From Octopus sinensis (taxonomy: Eukaryota), in NCBI RefSeq assembly GCF_006345805.1, contig NC_043009.1, positions 42,036,001 through 42,100,000 on the forward strand: 64,000 nucleotides of DNA, written 5' to 3'. The position numbers and the translations under genes are program-made. Below the pieces are notes generated by a model. It did no database searches. It was not told the origin of the DNA and saw nothing but the letters and a program-made list of their open reading frames with translations. Positions 54,815 to 64,000 of this stretch are shown here, piece by piece; within the stretch, counting starts at the first letter, position 1; each line of letters begins with the position of its first letter.

Positions 54815-55669
54815 TGTGTGTGTGTATGCATGTATGTATGTTTTTATGTATGTCTGTATGCATGCAAACATACACAGACACACGCACACACGTTGTGGTG
54901 CTGTAAAGTTCCTGGCTTCGGGTGAAAGAAAATACAGGAGGATCAGTTAATTATGATTTCATTCAATATATTCTCTCAGATTCACACACTTATTGCAGCA
55001 GTGATTCAGTTGATCTTCAAACGAACTCGGAAGTTGAGCCTCCAACTCGACAAACGAACTCCGAATTTTGAGCCTCCAACCAGGCTTTTCATGACACCCT
55101 TGAAGCCAGTAGCTTTTCAGGATAACCTTCATATTTATATATATATATATAGAGGGAGAGAGGGAGAGAGAGAGTAAGCAAGCTACTTACTACACAGTAA
55201 GTCCTACGCTACTTACCACACAGCCAGTCCTACGCCTGTATCTACCCGGTGTATGCATGTATGTGTGTGTATGCATGTATGTATGTTTTTATGTATGTCT
55301 GTATGCATGCAAACATACACAGACACACGCACACACGTTGTGGTGCTGTAAAGTTCCTGGCTTCGGGTGAAAGAAAATACAGGAGGATCAGTTAATTATG
55401 ATTTCATTCAATATATTCTCTCAGATTCACACACTTATTGCAGCAGTGATTCAGTTGATCTTCAAACGAACTCGGAAGTTGAGCCTCCAACTCGACAAAC
55501 GAACTCCGAATTTTGAGCCTCCAACCAGGCTTTTCATGACACCCTTGAAGCCAGTAGCTTTTCAGGATAACCTTCATATTTATATATATATATAGAGGGA
55601 GAGAGGGAGAGAGAGAGTAAGCAAGCTACTTACCACACAGCCAGTCCTACGCCTGTATCTACCCGGTGT
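54815..55669. repeat. 445 bp near-identical tandem duplication containing a mariner MITE and a SINE C head fragment
   Basis: Identical ORFs at 54953 and 55398. MITEs at ~54889-55133 and ~55334-55578. Confidence 0.93.
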
Positions 55670-55791
55670 TAATCATTATATCACAAAGATGTAACATTTA
55701 TGTGCGAATTTGGCCTAAAACAGAAATTTTTCAGCGTGTTCGTTTTTGCTTAGTATTGGATAATTTGTCTTAATACTTGTTACTCACTCAC

Positions 55792-55875
55792 AGTTAAACA
55801 AATTAGCCTTTATCCACCGATTCATTTTCCAGTTACTTTCATGATTTAGGAAATACTCGATAACAACAACCACTT
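55792..55875 (-). CDS. Candidate 84 nt phase 1-1 exon (EVVVVIEYFLNHESNWKMNRWIKANLFN)
   Basis: Acceptor TTTTGTTGATGCAG, donor |GTGAGT, and an open frame. Confidence 0.3.
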
Positions 55876-56019
55876 CTGCATCAACAAAATCACAACGTTA
55901 ATGTTGCGTATAAATTTTAACAACAAAATCTTATATGAACCCCAGTTGAAGACCACTGATCTAAATGATGGACAAAGGACCCAAGCCTCTACGGGAACTC
56001 AATGTCTGCACTGCACAAG

Positions 56020-56500
56020 CAGCAATAGCTGCAGCAGCTGCTACTACTAATACTACTGTTGCTACCGCTTCTGTTGCTGCTACTGCTGATCTCACCATCG
56101 CCATCACACAGCACATACGCCACCACCATCACCACGACTACTACTACAACAACAACAACTACTACTACCACCACCACTACTACTACCACCACCACAACAA
56201 CAACAACTACCACCAACACCAACACCACCACTACTACTACTACTATACTACTACTACTACTACTACTACTGTTGCTGCTGCTGCTACTACTACCGCTGCT
56301 GCTACTACTGTTGTTGCTACAATCACAGATACTATTGCTGATTATGCTACTTTTACTGATCCATCTCTACCCCCTCTTCTACCACCTCCTCATCTTCCCT
56401 CTCTTCATCCACCTCCTTGTTTCTCTTCCTCATTCTACTACTAATAGTAACTGCTACATCTACTATCACTACTAATACTGCTGCTGCTGCTATTACTGCT
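56020..56500. repeat. Compound (CTA)/(CCA)/(CAA)/(CTG) trinucleotide region
   Basis: Read directly from the sequence. Confidence 0.9.
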
Positions 56501-56947
56501 GATGGTTCAGTAGCTCCTGGTGTATAATACAATATGTTAAATTAGAAGTGCTTAGCTTCATTCAGAGATTAAGCAATTATCAGAGAATAAGTTCCAGTTA
56601 CTGGACACATCCGGTCATCTGACTTGACCTCGTCTCACCTGAGTTTAGTTATGATTAAATAGCAACATTCCGTTTTCAAAATCGAAAGTGAAAGCAAGAA
56701 GAATGGAAGAAAAGATAAAATGAAGATCAAAGAAGAATATAGGAAGATAACATGAGGATTCTGAAGAGTTAGAAATTTGCCTTTAGAACTTACATTTGCT
56801 TGGACATTAATTGGAGTAATAGAAAAAAGTAAATTTTAATTCTTGGACTATATATGCCAATTGTAAAATTATAGGAGCAGTGGGCATAGAAGGCGTTATA
56901 TACAAAGCTCTGTATGTGTATGTATGTGTGTGAACGTGAGTGTGTAT

Positions 56948-57352
56948 ACTCTTTTACTCTTTTACTTGTTTCAGTCATTTGACTGCGGCCATGCTGGAGC
57001 ACCGCCTTTAGTCGAGCAAATCGACCCCGGGACTTATTCTTTGTAAGCCCAGTACTTATTCTATCGGTCTCTTTTTTGCCGAACCGCTAAGTGACGGGGA
57101 CGTAAACACACCAGCATCGGTTGTGAAGCAATGCTGGGGGGACAAACACAGACACACAAACACACACACATATATATATACATATATACGACAGGCTTCT
57201 TTCAGTTTCCGTCTACCAAATCCACTCACAAGGCGTTGGTCGGCCCGGGGCTATAGCAGAAGACACTTGCCCAAGGTGCCACGCAGTGAGACTGAACCCG
57301 GAACCATGTGGTTGGTTAGCAAGCTACTTACCACACAGCCACTCCTGCGCCT
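56948..57352 (-). mobile_element. Full-length SINE family C
   Basis: Head AGGCGCAGGAGTGGCTGTGTGGTAAG and tandem AAAAGAGT tail. Confidence 0.92.
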
Positions 57353-57545
57353 GTGCATGTTGTATGTATGATGCGTCGAGGGGAAGATTTCACAAGTGTA
57401 TGGGTGTGTGGGTGTTCGTGCCCGCGTTTATCCACAAGGAAAAAGAAAAAATCATGTGATGGACATATCTGGTTGTGTAGTGTTGAAATACATATGTATG
57501 CAAATATGCTTGTATATATGTATTTATGTGTGTTTGTATGTGTAC

Positions 57546-57940
57546 TATTCTTTTATTTCTTTCAGTCATTTGACTGTGGCCATGCTGGAGCACCATCTTT
57601 TAATCGAGCAAATCTATCCCAGGACTTATTCTTTGTAAGCCTAGTACTTATTCTATCAGACACTTTTGCCGAACGGCTAAGGTATGGGGACGTAAACAAA
57701 CCAGCATCGGTTGCCAGGCGATGTTGGGAGGACAAACACAGACACACAAATATATACATACATATAGATATATATACTACGGGCTTCTTTCAGTTTCCGT
57801 CTACCAATTTCACTCACAAGGCTTTGGTCGGCCCGAAGCTATTGTAGAAGTCACATGCCCAAGGTGCCACGCAGTGGGACTGAACCTGGAACCATGTGGT
57901 TAGTAAGTAAGCTACTTACCACACAGCCACTCCTGCACCT
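57546..57940 (-). mobile_element. Full-length SINE family C
   Basis: Same organisation as the copy at 56948. Confidence 0.9.
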
Positions 57941-58011
57941 GTTAATAAAAAATATATATACATGCATACATATTTACATATATGTGTTCAAACATATGCA
58001 CCTATGTATAC

Positions 58012-58086
<75 letters not shown>

Positions 58087-58287
58087 GAGAGAGAGAGAGA
58101 GCAAGAGATAGATCGATAGATAGAGAGATATACACTTGTGTGTATATATTCATATGTATGGAATATGGTTACTCCTAGTTTTTTCTACAATCCTCACTCT
58201 GTCTCCGTTTCTCTCTCTGTGTTTCTCTCTCTTTGCATATAAATCATGCATAAATGCACATCGACACCCATATATAAATATGAATGG

Positions 58288-58368
<81 letters not shown>

Positions 58369-59648
58369 TATACATGGGGTAGGAGATCTGTGTTTGTCTG
58401 TGTATATGCGTATATATATAAGTTTTTGTGTGTATATAAATATATATATATGCATACATACACACACATTAGGGTACATTTATATTATAGTGCACTTATA
58501 AACACAGGCGCAGACGCCCACACACATATACACTATATATAGAACTACATGGCATAGGTCAGATAATATAAATGTGTACGTGTTGTATATGTGTGTATAT
58601 GTGGCAAAGATAGAAGACGAAAAAGAAGAAAAGAAACAAAGAAAGTAACAGGACCAAAAGACCAAACCCAGAAAAAATGGAGCAGAAAACAAATATATAA
58701 ATAATGGAATTAATAGAAGATTAATAAAAAGGGAACGAAAGTAGCGGATAAAAGAGAGGAAAAGCTGAGATTCAAAAAAGTCAAATGACTAGAGGCCAAG
58801 TTAACATGAAGTAAAGTTCGTGATACAAGCACGTCCTTGCTTTTTATGTAACCACTATACAAGACAAACGTTATAAATTCTTTCTTCTCTTTTTCCATTT
58901 CTCTTTATTTTATCTCCTGCACATTTTCGTCACAATGTGTTTTGTGATATTTTACAAAGTATCCCAATATGTAAGAGTGGTTAGAAAATTGTCATTTCCG
59001 CTGGTTCAACTCCTTTGCTTCTGTCAGTTGATAACAATATGTGCAAAAAGATCAGAGCGAAGGTGGGTGGAGCGTCAGTAGTAGTAACACGATAAAAAGA
59101 AGTGAAAGAGTAATAATAGTAAAAACTATCCTCAGGTGATTTTGATGAAAAAATACAGTGGAAAAAGCGGTGAAATAGATAAAAAAAAAAAACAGAACGA
59201 AGAGAAAAAAAATTTAATAATGAGAAAAAACACAATGGACATGTCAAAGAAAAATAACGAAACGAAGAAGATGAATAATAAAATAAAATAGAATAAAAAA
59301 ATTAGAAAAGCATAACAAAAACACAGTTCAGAAAACAAAACGGGGGGAAAATATACGACAGAAAAAAAAAAGAACCAAATGAAACAAAAAAGGTTTTAAA
59401 TGAAAGGGAAAAATTGCAAAGGTGAAAAAAAAAAAGAAGAAATTGTTAAAGAGACGAAGAGAGGAAGAGGTAGAGAGAGAGAGAGAGAGAGAGAGAGTAT
59501 AAAGTGATCAGCGAACAAAAGGTGGGAAAAAGAATGTAAATCGAAAGGGACTGAGCAAAGTGTTTTGAAGCTGTTAACAATGATCTTCAGACAATGTGCT
59601 GTCTTCGATGGCTGTCATCATAGTATTTGCTTATTTCCTGCGGCTTAC

Positions 59649-59681
59649 CAACACGAAACAATAGAATTCTTAGCTAAATAG
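59649..59681 (-). CDS. Candidate 33 nt micro-exon (YLAKNSIVSC)
   Basis: Acceptor ATGTTTGCAG, donor TTG|GTAAGC, one open frame. Too short to be confident. Confidence 0.2.
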
Positions 59682-60240
59682 CTGCAAACATTATATTTTT
59701 TTTTCCTATTCAATGTCCAGTAGAATGTGAAATAAATAAAAATGAATAAAATATTTACAAAATTTGTCAAAAGTTTTTGTTTCTTTTCTTTGTTTATATC
59801 ACAACAATTCTTGTTTTTTTATTTTGCTCTTTCAGTCCATACGAAATAAATAAACACGCGAATAAGAATACACTGGTGTATAAACTAATATAGGTGACAT
59901 GTCTTGCTTCTTGAGATTTTGATGTTTTAAACACTCCAGAGCCATTAAATCTAGGCCTTATGTAAACTTTAGACTAACGTACAAATCGGAGACGAATGCT
60001 TGATTGAAACATTCGCTCTTCGATGTTTAACTCATCACCGACTCTCTCTTGACTTTTATTAAAATAAAAGAAATCCTCCAACACTAACGTCTCTCTTTTG
60101 TCAAATCAATATAATTAAGTAAAAACCTGAGATAGATGTAGTTCGCTAAACTAGGCAATAAGCAGCTCAGCATAACAGACTCGCATTCACACATGCGTAC
60201 ACGCACACGCATACACATATACATATATATATGCACACAT

Positions 60241-60646
60241 AAGGCGGCGAGCTGGCAGAAACGTTAGCACGCATAGGGGTATTTCGTCTGCCGCTACGTG
60301 CTGAGTTCAAATTCCGCCGAGGTCCACTTTGCCTTTCATCCTTTCGGGGACGATTAAATAAGTACCAGTTACGCACTGGGGTCGATATAATCGACTTAAT
60401 CTGTTTGTCTGTTTTTGTTTGTCCTCTCTGTGTTTAGCCACTTGAGGGTAGTAAAGAAATAGGTATTTCGTCTGCGGCTACGTTCTGAGTTCAAATTCCG
60501 CCGAGATCGACTTTGCCTTTCATCCTTTCGGGGTCGATAAATTAAATACCAGTTACGCACTGGGGTCGATGTAATCGACTTTAATCCCTTTGTCTGTCCT
60601 TGTTTGTCCCCTCTATGTTTAGCCACTTGTGGGCAAATAAGAAATA
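60241..60646 (+). mobile_element. SINE family A dimer
   Basis: Units start at 60278 and 60462. 18 bp TSD ATATATATATGCACACAT at 60223-60240 and 60647-60664. Confidence 0.93.
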
Positions 60647-60924
60647 ATATATATATGCACACATGATTACAAATAAACATACGCACTTATATACGTGTAT
60701 GTGTGTGCATTGCGTTACATGAACTAATAAGAAGGGGGCAAATGCTTTATAGTATGTATAAGATATGTGCTGGTTACCAGTGGTTTCGTATAAAAGTAGA
60801 ACTTAATATTTTAGTGCTTCAGAGAACACTACGAGAACACTCCTCAGGCTTGAGCGATACTTTTATATGAAATGAATTGTAGCCTGCATATCAATGACTG
60901 CATTATGCTCACTGTCACTGGCAT

Positions 60925-61632
60925 TTTGTCTATTACAACAATGAGTGTTCCAGTTGCTCTGATCAACGGAACAATCTGCTCGTGAATTTAACGTGCAAGT
61001 GGCTGAGCATTCATCAAACACGTGAACCTATTTCATTACTACCCACAAGAGTCTAAACACAGAGAGGACAAACAAGGACAGACAAAAGAATTAAGTCGAA
61101 TACATCGACTCCAGTGCGTAACTGGTACTTATTTAATCAACCCCGAAAGGATGAAAGGCAAACTCGACCTCGGAGGAATTTGAACTCAGAACGTAGCCGC
61201 AGACGAAATACCTATTTCTTTACTACCCACAAGGGGCTAAACACGGGGAGGACAAACAAGGAAAGACAAACGGATTAAGTCGATTATATCGACCCCAGTG
61301 CGTAACTGGTACTTAATTTATCGACCCCGAAAGGATGAAAGGCAAAGTGGACCTCGGCGGAATTTGAACTCAGAACGTAACGGCGGACGAAATATGGCTA
61401 CGCATTTCGCCCGGCGTGCTAACGATTCTGCCAGCTCCCCGCCTTCATTCATCAAACACGTGTACCCTTAATGTAAGTCTCAGGGAAATTCAGGTACTAC
61501 TTATTTTTGCCAATTGTGTGAACTGGAACAACTTTAAATAAAGTGTTTTGCTCAAGGACACATCGCACTGCCGAGAATCGAACTCACAATCTTATGGCCA
61601 TGAGCTGAATACTCCAAACTCTAAGCTGCTTG
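60925..61632 (-). mobile_element. Older SINE (CORE-like head, family B-type tail) interrupted by a SINE A dimer
   Basis: Tail at 60925-61024 resumes at 61446. Head is at ~61500-61632. Confidence 0.75.
61025..61445 (-). mobile_element. SINE family A dimer (nested insertion)
   Basis: 17 bp TSD CATTCATCAAACACGTG at 61008-61024 and 61446-61462. Confidence 0.93.
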
Positions 61633-62211
61633 CCTTTACGATGCCTACGATAAAGTATATGTAAACAGGTTCTTCGGACGGATCGACGATGATCATCTGG
61701 CATATCGTGGGTGAAGGATGACTGATGACGTGTGCAATGCCTTTGTTTAAAATGAAGAAGAGTAGAGCACCATCAAATTCACTCTCTTGTCAATGACCAT
61801 CTTCGATCCAGTGGCAAGACAGATCAACAAAATTGCGAATGAGGCTGGATGCGGTTGATGACCAAAACACATACCAGGTCTCATTTTCCTCTCTGCAGTT
61901 CACAATGCCTTACAGCAGCCGCCTTCCTTTACGTTGATACTTGAAATTTCTTCCACAGAGTTCCCCGAAACCAATATATATGTACTTAAGAATAACTGGC
62001 AGAATCGGTTAGCATTGATAGCCTTTATAAAGATCTTTTTACAAATTTGTTACACTGTTGCAAATAGTCGTTATTAAATACATTAATACATTAACACATT
62101 AAAGTTTTGCGATATTACGAGGCTATCATAGTAGTCTTAATCGGCATGCACCACACACACACATACATGTATGTATGTATTTATGTATGTGTGTATGTAT
62201 GTACATGTATG

Positions 62212-62253
<42 letters not shown>

Positions 62254-62434
62254 CATATATATATATATATACACATATATATATATACATACATATATAC
62301 ATATATATACATATATATACATTTATATACATATATATATATAAGTAAGGAAAAATCTTTTTAAAAATGCAGAATGCTCAAATGAAAGAAAATTTTAATA
62401 AAATGAGAAAATGATAAAATATATAAATATATTT

Positions 62435-62475
62435 TATTCAACCGGTTTTCGTCATTGTATGACTTGTCAAGAATA
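62435..62475 (-). ncRNA. Degenerate minimal type I hammerhead ribozyme of a Penelope pseudo-LTR
   Basis: Minus strand reads TATTC-TTGACAA-GTCA-TACAA-TGAC-GAAAACCGGTT-GAATA. Stems I and II pair and stem III is palindromic. The core differs from CUGANGA at two positions and has one extra A. Confidence 0.55.
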
Positions 62476-62637
62476 TTTATGTTTTAAGAAGTTATTTTAA
62501 AAATTAGAAAGGGGAAAAAAAGAAAATTGCATTGTTTTTTGTAAAAGAATAATGATAAAAATGTACAAAAATTAAAAAATAAGTTCTCCGATACTTGTGA
62601 GTTCGTTGTGTATCTTGAGTTTTATGGTTGTTTACCA

Positions 62638-64000
62638 AAAAATCACCTTGAGGTGTTAAGATCCAAAGGGATTAAGAGCATGTGATGTGTTGTGTTGTTA
62701 AATTCAGCATGTTGCAGGACAGGAAGTAGTAGTAATTGTGGTCCTGATTCTTCAGTTCCTGTGTTGTCGGTAAGGGGAGACAACTCTTTTGAGTTCTTCA
62801 ATAAAACCCAAATTATAAAACTATCATTTTAGCTTCATTTGCATTATCTTTTTTATATATAATTGCTTGTTAACTTAACTTTCAGATTTTAACACTTTAT
62901 TTATATTATTTTCTAATTAATAAATCTGCATAGACAATTGCATTTCAAATTGTCATATCATTTATAATAAAAATGATAGTAATAACAACAATAGTAAAAT
63001 GATATTTAAAGAATATAAGTTTTAGCTTGAAGTGATGAATGCATGGTATCTTTATATATTGTGTTAGTCCATCCATGAAGAGTGAGGTAGAGAAAGGAAG
63101 TTTGATCAACGAGGAGTTTGCATATTAAGTTGTGTTTGGAATTTTTCAATAAAGAGATTCTCCTTGTTATTCTCTCCTGTGTGGTGATCCCGTCTTTACT
63201 TGGTAGAAGGGGAATATATAGAATTTGGGGTTTAAGTCTTTAGCACATGAGTCTAAGTGGTCACTCAGTGGAATTTGTCGGTATTCCGGGAGATTTATTT
63301 ATTCTTATGCACCGTTACTCGTTTACGTAACGGGAGACTCGTTTGTCCAACATAATTATGTTGGCAACCAGCGCATGTGAGAACGTAGATAAGGTTCTCG
63401 GAGGAACAGGAGAAGTTAGTCTTGATTTTAAACTTCGTACCTTGTTTGAAGGTAAATTCAGGAGAGAATTAACAAGGAGAATCTCTTTATTGAAAAATTC
63501 CAAACACAACTTAATATGCAAACTCCTCGTTGATCAAACTTCCTTTCTCTACCTCACTCTTCATGGATGGACTAACACAAATATATAAAGATACCATGCA
63601 TTCATCACTTCAAGCTAAAACTTATATTCTTTAAATATCATTTTTACTATTGTTGTTATTACTATCATTTTTATTATAAATGATATGACAATTTGAAATG
63701 CAATTGTCTATGCAGATTTATATTATTAGAAAATAATATAAATAAAGTGTTAAAATCTGAAAGTTAAGTTAACAAGCAATTTATAAAAAAGATAATGCAA
63801 ATGAAGCTAAAATGATAGTTTTATAATTTGGGTTTTATTGAAGAACTCAAAAGAGTTGTCTCCCCTTACCCACAACACAGGAACTGAAGAACCAGGACCA
63901 CAATTACTACTACTTCCTGTCCTGCAACATGCTGATTTAACAACACAACACATCACATGCTCTTAATCCCTTTGGATCTTAACACCTCAAGGTAATTTTT
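62638..64000. mobile_element. Penelope inverted pseudo-LTR pair (arms 62638-63179 and 63459 to beyond 64000)
   Basis: About 8 differences over ~540 bp, with a ~280 bp spacer that holds the GIY-YIG core. Confidence 0.9.
63106..63457 (-). pseudogene. Penelope-like element GIY-YIG endonuclease C-terminal relic
   Basis: FKIKTNFSCSSENLIYVLTCAGCQHNYVGQTSLPLRKRVTVHK, then after a frameshift LSDHLDSC...KENLFIEKFQTQLN. This is the IY-YVG-T-R-H pattern of PLE endonucleases. Confidence 0.88.

Noticed and set aside
61668-61715. WD40-like GSSDGSTMIIW peptide on the plus strand
   Set aside because: Too short, spacing is off, splice sites are weak, and there are no supporting repeats.
63180-63588. Track ORFs of 81 aa (+) and 68 aa (-), or a NUMT/viral origin
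   Set aside because: The informative frame is a different, frameshifted minus-strand GIY-YIG frame.

Overview
AT-rich, repeat-dominated eukaryotic DNA. The microsatellite load and SINE families look like a coleoid cephalopod, probably Octopus; this is inferred from recall and no database search was run. No complete protein-coding gene is visible, and nearly all ORFs in the supplied track are microsatellite artefacts. The window holds at least four tRNA-derived SINE families (several with target-site duplications), mariner relics and MITEs, and fragments of Tx1/L1, R4/Dong and Gypsy elements. It also has a Penelope-like element with a GIY-YIG remnant and a >=540 bp inverted repeat, several near-identical tandem duplications, and a 100-N gap. 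A few isolated minus-strand candidate exons suggest the window lies in the introns of a large gene. The most notable observations are a SINE subfamily that occurs as head+(184 bp)n multimers, a self-inverted SINE, a degenerate hammerhead in the Penelope repeat, a dense SOX-site cluster, and an inverted duplicate of an exon-like 99-mer. All identities and counts are by eye.
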